Shown: positions 31,757 through 44,680 of the stretch, piece by piece | How the letters are laid out: the number at the start of each line of letters is the position of its first letter | How positions within the stretch are numbered: the stretch's first letter is position 1 | NCBI GenBank assembly: GCA_030550585.1 | Contig: JAUQPB010000004.1 | Span: 32,001 to 96,000 of the forward strand | Length of the DNA stretch: 64,000 bases | DNA from: Thermoproteota archaeon | GTDB lineage: Archaea > Thermoproteota > Thermoprotei_A > Sulfolobales > Ignisphaeraceae | Direction of reading: 5' to 3' | Translations under genes and position numbers: made by a program | Notes under the pieces: model-generated | Told to the model about the DNA's origin: nothing | The model's input: only the letters and a program-made list of their open reading frames with translations | Database searches by the model: none

Positions 31757-31831
31757 AACAGCTGAGGATCTCTACACATCTAGCTGTTTTCGATAATGCT
31801 TATTAGAGTATGTTGTGTCAAGGTATTGCTG

Positions 31832-31885
31832 TAGATGATGAGTTCAAGACGGAATGACCAGTGATTGAAACTCCCCGACCTGATC
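31832..31885 (+). ncRNA. Box C/D methylation-guide sRNA
   Basis: Box C ATGATGA 31835-41, guide GTTCAAGACGGA, D' ATGA, C' GTGATTGA, guide AACTCCCCGAC, box D CTGA 31880-83. Intergenic. Guide 1 is complementary to the conserved 23S rRNA sequence CCGUCUUGAA. Confidence 0.8.
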
Positions 31886-31974
31886 AAAAGGCTATTGTAT
31901 GTTGGCATGTTTTAGGTTGTGATTTGCTCTACAGGATATAAGTTTTGTTGTTGCTATACATGAATGTGTATTTT

Positions 31975-32697
31975 ATGAGTTTCGCTAGATATGCTGCAAT
32001 TGTCAAGAATTTGAGGGGTGTTGTTCTAGCCGATATTGATGAGGATGGTGTTTGGAGTAGTGTTATGTGGCTTGTTAACCGGTTTAGGTATCGCGATCTT
32101 GGGATTGTCCCAAGTGTTGTTAAGAGGTATAGGAGTTTGTTGGAGAGGTACTTGAATGGGAATCCATTTAGAGAGCTTGTTTCTCCGACAGACTCTATCC
32201 AGATTTTTATAGAGAGGCTGGGGAGGGCATCTGGTCTTCCGCTAGAGGTTGTAGAGCTTTTGGCTCTATCATCAGCATATATATCGCCTGCTATTGTCAT
32301 AGGCAACAAATATTCTGGGTATTTGAAAGAGATTTCGACAGATGTTGTCAATGTGTGCAAAGATATGGATACAAATTCTTGGAAGCTCCATCTGAGAATA
32401 GCTGACTATACTATTCTAGACCTCTATGAGGCTAGTGTTGAAGAGGTCTTAAACGCCATTGAGAAGGGGGTGTCGAGACAGCTTCTAGAGAAGATTTCGG
32501 ATGGTAGAAGAAGTGTTATAGAGGCTGATAAGAAGAGGTATTGGAGGATAGCATGCGATAGTGGAAAGCCATTTCTATACTACATAGACATGGTAAACAT
32601 TGTGCTTAGATACGATGTGTACAAAGATCTTGTTGCAGACCATGCTGCATGCCTATCGATAGTACCTGTAGTTATGATCCCGCCAAACATGAAATAG
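31975..32697 (+). CDS. Hypothetical protein
   Basis: ~240-aa ORF with genome-like codon usage. Confidence 0.75.
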   Translation: MSFARYAAIVKNLRGVVLADIDEDGVWSSVMWLVNRFRYRDLGIVPSVVKRYRSLLERYLNGNPFRELVSPTDSIQIFIERLGRASGLPLEVVELLALSSAYISPAIVIGNKYSGYLKEISTDVVNVCKDMDTNSWKLHLRIADYTILDLYEASVEEVLNAIEKGVSRQLLEKISDGRRSVIEADKKRYWRIACDSGKPFLYYIDMVNIVLRYDVYKDLVADHAACLSIVPVVMIPPNMK

Positions 32698-32714
32698 CTG
32701 TAGGGCTGTATGAA

Positions 32715-33248
32715 ATGGGTGTAGAGGTTTTCTACACAACCGAAGACATAGATGTTAGGAAATGCGTTGAAGCTGCAATTGTAGAGATACTCAATCTAAA
32801 GATAGTTGATGAACGCGATATAGCCCTGCCAGACTGGCTATTCGATCAACGCAGAAAACAGTATAGAGCTGAGGAGGTTCTAGACTACATAGCTACACTA
32901 AGAAAATATGAGAAAACATATGTGTTTGGAGTCATAGATGCCGATGGCTATGTAAAAGGGCTCAACTTTGTCTTTGGAGTGGCATATCCACATATGGGAG
33001 CTGTGGTGTTTCTACAGAGACTGAAGACACAATCAAAAGAATTGTTTTTGTTGAGAACAAGAAAAGAGGTTCTACATGAGCTAGGCCACGTACTTGGATT
33101 AGAACATTGCAAACAATTTGGGTGTGTAATGAACTTCAGCAACTCGGTCTTCGAGGTAGATATGAAGAGAGATGCTTTTTGCAAAAAATGTGCCTCAAAG
33201 CTTAGCGAATTCGGTGTAGTGGTAAATCCTAGACATGTTCTAATCTAA
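32715..33248 (+). CDS. amzA: Archaemetzincin family zinc metalloprotease
   Basis: RKQYRA, GLNFVFG and HELGHVLGLEHC...CVMNFSNS...C..C motifs. Confidence 0.93.
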   Translation: MGVEVFYTTEDIDVRKCVEAAIVEILNLKIVDERDIALPDWLFDQRRKQYRAEEVLDYIATLRKYEKTYVFGVIDADGYVKGLNFVFGVAYPHMGAVVFLQRLKTQSKELFLLRTRKEVLHELGHVLGLEHCKQFGCVMNFSNSVFEVDMKRDAFCKKCASKLSEFGVVVNPRHVLI

Positions 33249-33373
33249 ACATATTGCAATAGCTGTTTAGACGAGCTTGACTTTTCATGACTGTGAAACA
33301 TAATCTGTATCTACAAAAACATTTATATATAAGATCCAATGATTTTATTTGGTGAACACGAGGTGTGGTATCC

Positions 33374-33619
33374 ATGGCTAGATATAGGGTTGTAGTTGAT
33401 AGAGTTACATGTATTGCATGTGGTGCTGCTCCAGCTACATGCCCTGAGATATTTGAGCTTGGGTCTGACAATGGGAAGAACAGGGTTGTTGAAAAGTATA
33501 GTGTTAAAACAGATGATAGTGTTTCCATAGGGGAGATACCCGAGGAGCTGTACAGTTGCGCCAAGGCAGGAGCTGATGTGTGTCCCGTTAACGCTATAAA
33601 GATCGAGAGAATTGAGTAG
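33374..33619 (+). CDS. Ferredoxin (single-cluster type, variant motif)
   Basis: CIACGAAPATCP...CPVNAI; upstream of the OFOR genes. Confidence 0.88.
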   Translation: MARYRVVVDRVTCIACGAAPATCPEIFELGSDNGKNRVVEKYSVKTDDSVSIGEIPEELYSCAKAGADVCPVNAIKIERIE

Positions 33620-33629
33620 GGGCTAGCCA

Positions 33630-33941
33630 ATGTCTGATAAAGATGTTTGTTCTAGATGCATATTTTTTAAACCAAATATCTATTATCCTTATATAGGCTA
33701 TTGCATCATCAAAAAAGAGACAAGGTTCTATGAAGAGCCTGCTGTTTGCGAGTCTTTCAGACCTTCTTCTATTGATGAGCTTAAAAAAGCTCTAGAAGCG
33801 CAGGGGTGGCTATATTGTGTGAATTGCAGGAAGGTTATCCACGATGTTGAGGAGCTGGAGAAGCATGTTAGAGAACACCTTGTTTCTACTGGGATAGTTA
33901 TAGATGAGGCTGTGGCCGAGGAGGCTCACTCTGTTGACTGA
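33630..33941 (+). CDS. Cys/His-rich metal-binding hypothetical protein
   Basis: CSRC...C...C and CVNC...H...H motifs. Confidence 0.75.
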   Translation: MSDKDVCSRCIFFKPNIYYPYIGYCIIKKETRFYEEPAVCESFRPSSIDELKKALEAQGWLYCVNCRKVIHDVEELEKHVREHLVSTGIVIDEAVAEEAHSVD

Positions 33942-33964
33942 TAACAGTGCTAAGGGTTGAGCAA

Positions 33965-36812
<2,848 letters not shown>

Positions 36813-36956
36813 AATCTTGGCTATGAGAATATGCCTACCTTTTCAACACCCCAATCCCACTAAATACGCTAAAATTCCCTAGATATGCTGGCTTTAGATG
36901 AGCTAAAGAGCCTCTAACATTGACAGTATTCTTAAATAACTATAAAGGGTTGCAAC

Positions 36957-37724
36957 ATGTGTGTACACATATTGTTGCCAATAGCTTCAGCTCTATTTTT
37001 ATTAGAGTCTATTGTAGTGTTAGCTCATAACTTTCCTTGGATTGTGAGGCTGTGGAGGCTTAGAGTACATCATTTGAGGCTTTTCAGAGACGATCTGCCC
37101 ATTCTAATAGTATCTGATATCCATCTAGGCAATAGAGATAGTTTGGGCAAGGATGTTCTTAGAATTGCTTCGAAGCGTGGTTTTCATACACTTGTCATAG
37201 CTGGAGATTTGCTTGACAAGAGAACTCTATTCAGCGACAAGATCTTCGATCTTCTCGAAAAATTTCTTGTGGGGAACATTAGAAATGTTCTCTATGTACC
37301 CTCATCGTCTAGCCACGATATCAAGCCCCTGCCCACTGGCCCAATATCGAGGCAACTCAATGGCAAGAGAGTTGTGGTGGTTCCCGAGGTGCTGGCTTTA
37401 TCTGTAGACGGATGTGTTGGAAGTTTGTATATAACGCATGGCGACTATTCGTCGAGGAATGGTATATTCGCTCACATAATTGATGCAATAACTTTGAAAG
37501 TTTTTTCTAAGCCTTTCACAGGAACCATTCTCAGAAAGATTCTTGAGACCGGCGACGTCGACTGGGTTATTCATGGCCATAGCCACTTAGCAGTACATTC
37601 ACAAAAACTTAGGATTGTCGATACCGGGTGCTGGGTAAAGAGACCACATGAATCTGTGCAGAGAGCGTTTGCTGTTGCTACATGTAGAAATGGTGTTGTG
37701 GAGGTTGATTTGATCAGGATATGA
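36957..37724 (+). CDS. Metallophosphoesterase (calcineurin-like) with N-terminal TM
   Basis: SDIHLG, AGDLLD, THGD, HGHSH and DTGCW motifs. Confidence 0.85.
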   Translation: MCVHILLPIASALFLLESIVVLAHNFPWIVRLWRLRVHHLRLFRDDLPILIVSDIHLGNRDSLGKDVLRIASKRGFHTLVIAGDLLDKRTLFSDKIFDLLEKFLVGNIRNVLYVPSSSSHDIKPLPTGPISRQLNGKRVVVVPEVLALSVDGCVGSLYITHGDYSSRNGIFAHIIDAITLKVFSKPFTGTILRKILETGDVDWVIHGHSHLAVHSQKLRIVDTGCWVKRPHESVQRAFAVATCRNGVVEVDLIRI

Positions 37725-37775
37725 AACTTGAGATGTGTCTGTGGATACCTAGGAATAATTGGGTTGGAAAAAAGA

Positions 37776-39380
37776 TTATTTGGAGAGTATCGCCTCGAAC
37801 ACATCTTTGTCTACTTCATCTACTGTTGGTATCCCCAACACCCTAGCAGCCCTTTCTGTTAGTGCTGCTACATCCGATCTGTCTAACAGCCACAGCTTAT
37901 ACTTTCTCTGCCCAGCCATCAAAATCTTTATTCCTACTGCAATTTTTGTGAAGTATGTGTATAGACCTATTGCACCCGATTTCAGCAGCTTCTCATAGTT
38001 TGATGCTCCATATCTTGCCACAATCTCTGGGGCTGCCACGAAGAACTGCTCTGGCTTTGTGCCATACCTTTTAGCGAAGTCTGGTGGTAACGCACCTTTT
38101 TGGGCAAGCTCTAGGAAGTACTTTGACTTCATGACAGCTGTTATTGGTGCTCGGGCCACTGCAACTGCTTTAACGTATGGCCCTTCCCCAAAGTTGCTGA
38201 GGGCAATGGCCTTGACTATTTGGTGCTCGTTCGAGAAGCCGCCAGCCATTGCAATGTCTGGTATGTGCATACCCCTCTTCTTCATTATGTTGCATGCTTT
38301 TAGAACCCAGGCCTCCATGTATAGTGTTGGAACGCCGCTTTCATTCATCATTGGTATTGGTGACATTCCTGTTCCTCCGCCAGCACCATCAAATGTCACA
38401 CCATCTGCTTTAGCCTCTGAGGCTAGCTTTAAAACAAATGCTATTTCTGCTGGTCTATATGTGCCAGTCTTTATCCATATCCTCTTAACACCCATTGATC
38501 TGAGCTTGTCTATCCTCTCTAGGAAGTGCTGCGGGTCTGGCTTAGCTATTCTGCTATGCCTTTCAAACGTCTTTATAGCACCAAGCTTGTATGCCTCTTG
38601 AACGTTTTTGTCTTCTGGGTCTGGAATAACGATGTAGCCTCTTCTCTTAAGCTCTATAGCCCTATTAATATCGCTTACCCTTACCTCACCACCTATAGAT
38701 TTTGCTCCCTGGCCAAACTTCTTCTCAATTGTGTTCACCTCTAGCTTAGATGCAGCATATATGTCAACCCCCATCATCTCGTCTTCAACATTTGTCTGAA
38801 CGGCTATGTCTCCATGTCTACCATCCCAAAACTCTCTATATGTCCTAACCCTGTACTCCATATCCTTAGAGCTGACAACCTGGCCATTTGAAAACACAGC
38901 CTCTTTGTCCATGCCACACACATTTTCTCCAACAACCATTGCTGTACCAGATATCGCAGCTCCATATGCAAGTCCATCCCAATTCCTCTTGGCCACATCA
39001 GTAGAGCCAAGCGCAGCTATAAACACTGGTATTCTTAAATCGACACCACCATACCTTGTGGAGACATCGACATTTTCAAATATCATCTTATCTGGTATGG
39101 GCTCAACACCAAACACTTGGGATAGTCTCGGCATCAACTGTACATCTGACCAGTCTAGGCCAAAGTCCTTGTTGGCTGCTGCTGTACTCGCACCGAACTC
39201 TTCTGGCTCTGGATACAGCACCTCCCTGCCTCTGAAAGCGGCTTTGCCAATATCACATAGTATAGGGCAGCTGTATATACATAGTGAGCAAATTCCGCTT
39301 AGAGGCGTTATATCGGGGCTTCTAGTTCTTGTGCCAGCCAGTAGACTGCTATTCTCTGTTGGAAGCTTTTTCTCAGGCAT
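37776..39380 (-). CDS. FMN-binding glutamate synthase family protein
   Basis: N-terminal CSLC...C...C, KFGQGAKSIGGE, DGAGGGTGMSP and AGGF motifs. Confidence 0.9.
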   Translation of the reverse strand: MPEKKLPTENSSLLAGTRTRSPDITPLSGICSLCIYSCPILCDIGKAAFRGREVLYPEPEEFGASTAAANKDFGLDWSDVQLMPRLSQVFGVEPIPDKMIFENVDVSTRYGGVDLRIPVFIAALGSTDVAKRNWDGLAYGAAISGTAMVVGENVCGMDKEAVFSNGQVVSSKDMEYRVRTYREFWDGRHGDIAVQTNVEDEMMGVDIYAASKLEVNTIEKKFGQGAKSIGGEVRVSDINRAIELKRRGYIVIPDPEDKNVQEAYKLGAIKTFERHSRIAKPDPQHFLERIDKLRSMGVKRIWIKTGTYRPAEIAFVLKLASEAKADGVTFDGAGGGTGMSPIPMMNESGVPTLYMEAWVLKACNIMKKRGMHIPDIAMAGGFSNEHQIVKAIALSNFGEGPYVKAVAVARAPITAVMKSKYFLELAQKGALPPDFAKRYGTKPEQFFVAAPEIVARYGASNYEKLLKSGAIGLYTYFTKIAVGIKILMAGQRKYKLWLLDRSDVAALTERAARVLGIPTVDEVDKDVFEAILSK

Positions 39381-39579
39381 GTCTATCCGCCGATTTTGAA
39401 CCAAGATCTTGATCTACAATTATAAAAACTTTGCTATTGATTAGATTTTTATTTCTATTAAAATATGCTTATATGTGTTTATACCATATTAAACACTGGT
39501 TTTAACCTCCGCAACATACTACCTAAATTTGATAACACTAAAATATTGGTAGCCAAGACATATACAAGAATGTGAAACC

Positions 39580-41475
39580 ATGGGAACAAAACTCGCCTTG
39601 TACATTGCCCTCCCCTCTGTAGATGCGCTACTACGTGATTTGAGAAAGTTTGACGCTTTGGTTTCACTATTGAAGCGCTTGGGTTTTGAGAAGGTTTATC
39701 TTGAGAACTATAGAGATGGCAAGCTGCTGAGCGAGAATGAGATGGCTAGGATTAGGGACATGTTTGAGAAGGAGTTTAGTGTTGCTGGTGGTGTTGCTAT
39801 AGGTACTTGGGGGCCTGGCATGGGTAGAAACGCCGATTTTTGGAGTGTCTGTGCTTGTATAGATGATGAGAGGAATGTTGGCTTATTTGAAAAGGCTGTT
39901 GTTCAGCAGGCTAAGATTTTTGACGAGGTTCTAATCGATGATTTCTGGGCCAACTGGTGCTATTCCAACGAAGGGGTTGAATATCTCAACAAATCATTTG
40001 GTGTTTCACTAACACTACCCAGTTTGAGAAGGCTTTTGATGGTTGATGACGAGGTTAGGAGGCTGTGGTCAGAATACTCAAAAACTCTTCTAGCCAATGC
40101 ATCGAGGAGGATATACGATAGTGCCAAGGCTGTTAACAACAATGTTAGAGTTGTTTTGAAGGTTGCTGAGTGGCGCGAGCATTTTCTGCATAGAGGTCTT
40201 GACCTGCCACTCATGGCAAAGATATTCGATGGTATATATGTTGGTACAGAGTCTAGAGAGGGAACAAAGAGATTTGGATCTCTTTTCATAATAGACTATG
40301 TAAGAGCATTTGTGGGAGAGAAGCTAAGGGGTGTGTGGTTCGATTCTTACAACGGGCTTGGAATATCCACTACAATGTCTCCAGAGACATTTGAGGAGCA
40401 GCTGTGGTATAGCTTCTTAGGCAAGGTAGATGAGATAACATTTTTCCAGGGAGTAGAATACATAGATTTTGTTGTTGAGGAGCATAAGCATGATATGAGG
40501 AGCCTCTTCATAATGGATGAGAGCAGAAGAGAGCATATAGCACATGTTGAGAGGAGCCTACCTCTTCTAAGATCTGTTGAAAACCTGTTGACTGAGGAGA
40601 AGATCGGTGTTGTCTCCCCAGCTATCCAACCGCTTTGGAGCGATCCATACGATGGATACATAGAGGATGTTCTCGGGTCTATGGGAATACCATTAACAGC
40701 CAAGCCCATTGACAAGCTGAGGCAAGGAGATGTTGTTTTGGTGAAAAGACATATTCTTAAATATGTGGATCTATTCGATCTGCTGAGAAAGGGGGTTAAC
40801 ATTGTCTTAACAGCTGCAGCAACGGAGAGCATTGCCAGAGGTGCTCTAGGTTATGATGCTATTAGTGTTGTGGGTGCTGATATAGATGAGCCTATTCTTC
40901 ATAGCGTTGTCGAGGCCGTGGCCTTCACCGATGGGAAAACCTATGCTGATAGAAGTCATAGAAGACCTTATGTATACGCCTTTGGCCCTGTCTTAAAAAT
41001 GGATAGAAGTGCTAGCATCAAGGTGCTTCTATATGGTGTTGATGAGAGGGGCTGGAAATACCCAGCGATTTACGTGGTTGACCATGGAAATGCGAAAGTG
41101 GTTGTCGCTACCATAACCAGAAACTCTCTGGCATACCTACACCAGTTCCCAGAGATAGCTAGGCAGGCACTAAGAGACGCTTTATACAGTTTCATTGGCG
41201 TTAAGATAGAGTCTAGAGCTCGTGACCCCAATTCCAGTGAAACTTCGGATATAGCTGTAGTTGTGTACAAGTCTAGGAGCATCGCCTTAGTGAACAACAA
41301 TCTTTATAACAACTACCTTGGTCTTGTAGTCAATAAGAAGATGTTTGGGGTCTCTAACTTTGCTGGCTCTGAGCTTGGCGCGGCAAAGGCGGTCAATGTT
41401 GAGGATATTGGTGAGGAAATCAGGGTGGATGTAAAAATTGCTAGACACTCCTTCGATCTAATGAGGTTTGGATAG
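39580..41475 (+). CDS. Uncharacterised protein, probable glycoside-hydrolase-like TIM barrel plus C-terminal domains
   Basis: 631 aa with acidic strand-end motifs (VYLENYR, LIDDFW, YVGTESR, WFDSY). Convergent with the GH20 gene. Confidence 0.55.
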   Translation: MGTKLALYIALPSVDALLRDLRKFDALVSLLKRLGFEKVYLENYRDGKLLSENEMARIRDMFEKEFSVAGGVAIGTWGPGMGRNADFWSVCACIDDERNVGLFEKAVVQQAKIFDEVLIDDFWANWCYSNEGVEYLNKSFGVSLTLPSLRRLLMVDDEVRRLWSEYSKTLLANASRRIYDSAKAVNNNVRVVLKVAEWREHFLHRGLDLPLMAKIFDGIYVGTESREGTKRFGSLFIIDYVRAFVGEKLRGVWFDSYNGLGISTTMSPETFEEQLWYSFLGKVDEITFFQGVEYIDFVVEEHKHDMRSLFIMDESRREHIAHVERSLPLLRSVENLLTEEKIGVVSPAIQPLWSDPYDGYIEDVLGSMGIPLTAKPIDKLRQGDVVLVKRHILKYVDLFDLLRKGVNIVLTAAATESIARGALGYDAISVVGADIDEPILHSVVEAVAFTDGKTYADRSHRRPYVYAFGPVLKMDRSASIKVLLYGVDERGWKYPAIYVVDHGNAKVVVATITRNSLAYLHQFPEIARQALRDALYSFIGVKIESRARDPNSSETSDIAVVVYKSRSIALVNNNLYNNYLGLVVNKKMFGVSNFAGSELGAAKAVNVEDIGEEIRVDVKIARHSFDLMRFG

Positions 41476-43161
41476 AAGAGATCTTTCCATTTCTGTTACT
41501 CCGGCTGCCCTCCAGAATTTCCCAACAACTGTTTCCAGTCCCTGCGGCTTTCTCTCGCTTAGCCACAGCTCTATATACATTTTTGCAAGTGCTATATAGT
41601 CAGAAGCTGTTTCTCTGCCATCCAAAACCTTTAGAACAAGCTTGTAGAACTCCTTCACAAATTCTAGCTCCTTTGGCAAATTGATTAACTCAGCCATTTT
41701 CACAACCTCCTCAATCTCCCTCCTCATACTATCCACAACACTCTTATCCAAATACATTTTAGCAATCTTCATATCTTCTGTCTTCAATGCTATGTGCTTT
41801 GGCAGCCAGAAGCCCCATCTAGTCCAATACTCGTCCTTGGCACTGAAGATCTTGCCAAACCATTTTCTAATCTCTAGAACTTCTCTACTTTCACCTGTTA
41901 ATGCAAGCCACTTCTCCTCCCATTTACCCACACCCTCAGCAATCTCCATAGCAGCTAATATGAGTGGGTACAGATATTGGAATAGACACTCACTTCCATC
42001 ATCACCCCAAGCAGTTATAAGAAACCCCTCAACACTTGAATCGTTTTTGGCAGCCTCGAAGAAGTTCCTTAGATTCTCTAGTGCCGTTAGGAAATCTGGG
42101 TAGAATCTACTCCAATTCCACAGACCAGGTGCAATAATCTGCTTCAACCCTCTATCCCCAATAACCCTTATAGAATGCTTAAAGTGTTCTACAGGACTTG
42201 GTGTATAGTCCCAATTGACAATTATGGCCTCTCTCCATATTTTGCTCTCCAAAATCTTTCTCCAAATCTCTTTCTCACTTTCTTTCAAATAACTAGCCGT
42301 TATCATATCCCCCCACAACATAGGTTTTTTGCCATAACTCTTAACAACATCTATCAACATCTTCATGTGTTTTTCATAGATTTCAGGGCCTCTGAATGTG
42401 TTTGTCTTATCAAGGCTTCTCCCTCTTCCGAGAGCCCATGTCTCATCCCCTCCAATGTGGATGTACTGTGATGGGAAGAACTCTACAACTTCTTGTAGAA
42501 GCTCTTTAGCAAAGTTCCTAGCCTCTTCGTCAGATGCATCCAAAACCCCTTCTCTTGGATTGTGCCACTCACTATATTTTCTGTATGGGGGTAGAACAAG
42601 GATGTTTTCCATGTGGCCTAGGAGCTCAAGTGATGGTATAACCTCTACACCAAGTTTCTTACCATATTCTATAACCTCTTTGAGTTCATCTCTGCTATAC
42701 CTACCCCGAACAACTCCAATATCTCTGTACTTCTCCCATGGAAACAAATCCTCTAGGTAAAGGGCTAGGTAATTATATTTCAAGAGGTAAAGCCATTTCA
42801 AAAGCTTTTTAAGAGCATCAACTGTTGGTACACCACCTCTAGCAACATCTAGATGAAAACCTCTAAAAGCATATCTAAACTCTTCAACAACCCTAACACT
42901 AGGCAGTTTATCTCTTCCTTGGAGAACAAGCTGAAGGATTGTGGCATACGCGATCCTCTCATCACCCCAGATCCTGACAACACCTTTCTCAATCCTAAGG
43001 CCGGTTCCCATACCACTGCTTTTCTCAATAATCCAGCTACCCTTGGCAACACTAAACTCCTTGGCTAAGAACTCTGGAAAGTTTTGGAAACCATCAAAAT
43101 CGTACCAAGTGCCATCAAATTCTAGATGCTTTGGCTCAGGAACAATATAAAAATTTTTCAT
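41458..43161 (-). CDS. GH20 beta-N-acetylhexosaminidase
   Basis: RGFHLDVAR, ELLGHME, catalytic HIGGDET, WGDM and TAWGDDG motifs. Confidence 0.9.
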   Translation of the reverse strand: MKNFYIVPEPKHLEFDGTWYDFDGFQNFPEFLAKEFSVAKGSWIIEKSSGMGTGLRIEKGVVRIWGDERIAYATILQLVLQGRDKLPSVRVVEEFRYAFRGFHLDVARGGVPTVDALKKLLKWLYLLKYNYLALYLEDLFPWEKYRDIGVVRGRYSRDELKEVIEYGKKLGVEVIPSLELLGHMENILVLPPYRKYSEWHNPREGVLDASDEEARNFAKELLQEVVEFFPSQYIHIGGDETWALGRGRSLDKTNTFRGPEIYEKHMKMLIDVVKSYGKKPMLWGDMITASYLKESEKEIWRKILESKIWREAIIVNWDYTPSPVEHFKHSIRVIGDRGLKQIIAPGLWNWSRFYPDFLTALENLRNFFEAAKNDSSVEGFLITAWGDDGSECLFQYLYPLILAAMEIAEGVGKWEEKWLALTGESREVLEIRKWFGKIFSAKDEYWTRWGFWLPKHIALKTEDMKIAKMYLDKSVVDSMRREIEEVVKMAELINLPKELEFVKEFYKLVLKVLDGRETASDYIALAKMYIELWLSERKPQGLETVVGKFWRAAGVTEMERSLLSKPH

Positions 43162-43268
43162 ATCCTTCACACAATGCATTAAATTTAGACTGAGAGATGG
43201 CTAAACTTTAATATTTATTACGTTTTAATTTTGTGCAGTATACACGTAATAGAGGAGGCTGTGAATCT

Positions 43269-44678
43269 ATGTCTGCGGATATATCGATTGATTTTGGGAA
43301 GGAGGTTTTGGATAGGGTGCTGAGGAGGGGTGTTGAGGAGGGTTTGGTTAGGCTTCAGGAGAGGAGCTATGAGCTGATAGTGTTTGATAATGGTGTTCTT
43401 AGAAGCTATGGCATATCCAAGGTTGTTGGCATTGGCATACAAGTCTTTGTGAATGGTTTTACAGGCTATAGCTACACATCCTCACTGTCTTTGGACAGCA
43501 TTGAAAACACTGTTGATAGGGCCATCAAAAACGCTAAGGCGTTGGCAAATGTTGCAAAGCCGCGGAGGTTTGCCGAGGTCTCTGGTGTGAAGGGCTTCTA
43601 TAGAACGAGCTATGCTGAAGACCCCTTTGCTGTTGATCCTTCCGACAAGATTTCGCTTGTTAGAGACCTTAACGTTGGGAGCATGAAGTTCTCCAACATC
43701 GTTTCTGCTGTCACTAGATTTGCTTGTGAAAGGGATAGGAGGGTTGTTGTTTCTAGCAGAGGTGTAGAGGTTTTTAACGAGGTTACAGCAGTTGGCTTAA
43801 GCCACATGGCTGTTGCCAGATCTGGCGAAGTTATGGAGAGAGTCTACGACCAGAAAACATTTGTTGGCGGTTACGAGCATGTTAAAAGATTTGATTGGCA
43901 TGGCTTCGTGGATGAGGTGAACGATCTTGCTGTGAAGGCTTCTCAGGCCAGGGCCCCAAAGGCCGGTGTTTATAGAGCTGTTATCGACAATGAGTTGATA
44001 GGACTTATGCTCCACGAGGCCTTTGGACACGCATCTGAGGGTGACCTTGTTCTCTATAACGCATCTGTTTTGAGGGGTAGAATAGGTGAGAAGGTTGCTA
44101 GCGAGCTTGTGACCATAGTTGACGATGGTCGTGTCGATGGTGGCTACCCCGTATACTACGATGATGAAGGTGTTGAGAAGAGGCAGACTGTTGTTGTTGA
44201 AAGAGGTGTTTTGAGAAGGCACTTGAGTAGCAGGTATGTTGCTGGGGAGCTGGGAATCGAGCTAACTGGAAATGCACGTGCACAGGACATAACATTCAAT
44301 GCTATTGTGAGGCAGACAAACTTTTATATGCTTCCAGGTGATGCAAAGGTTGAGGAGCTTTTCGAAGGGGTTTCCGAGGGGATATACCTGAGGGGCAGAG
44401 GGGCTATGGGGGGACAGGTAGACCCTTCGATGGGGACATTCACATTTAGTGTAGGGCCCTCATACACAATTAAAAATGGTGAGGTTGACAAGCTTGTCAG
44501 AGGTGTTACGGTATCTGGCAACATACTAGATGTTCTGAAGAGCGTTGAGATTGTTGCAAACGATCTGAAGGTTTCTACAAGTGTTTTTGGTGGCTGTGGA
44601 AAATCATCTCAGCTTGCAAGAGTTGGTGATGGAGGGCCACATGTAAGAGTGGCCAAGATTGTTGTGGGTGGTGAGTAG
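43269..44678 (+). CDS. tldD: TldD family metalloprotease
   Basis: HEAFGHASEGD, YDDEGV, GNARA and GCGK..Q..RVGDGGP motifs. Confidence 0.93.
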   Translation: MSADISIDFGKEVLDRVLRRGVEEGLVRLQERSYELIVFDNGVLRSYGISKVVGIGIQVFVNGFTGYSYTSSLSLDSIENTVDRAIKNAKALANVAKPRRFAEVSGVKGFYRTSYAEDPFAVDPSDKISLVRDLNVGSMKFSNIVSAVTRFACERDRRVVVSSRGVEVFNEVTAVGLSHMAVARSGEVMERVYDQKTFVGGYEHVKRFDWHGFVDEVNDLAVKASQARAPKAGVYRAVIDNELIGLMLHEAFGHASEGDLVLYNASVLRGRIGEKVASELVTIVDDGRVDGGYPVYYDDEGVEKRQTVVVERGVLRRHLSSRYVAGELGIELTGNARAQDITFNAIVRQTNFYMLPGDAKVEELFEGVSEGIYLRGRGAMGGQVDPSMGTFTFSVGPSYTIKNGEVDKLVRGVTVSGNILDVLKSVEIVANDLKVSTSVFGGCGKSSQLARVGDGGPHVRVAKIVVGGE

Positions 44679-44680
44679 AC

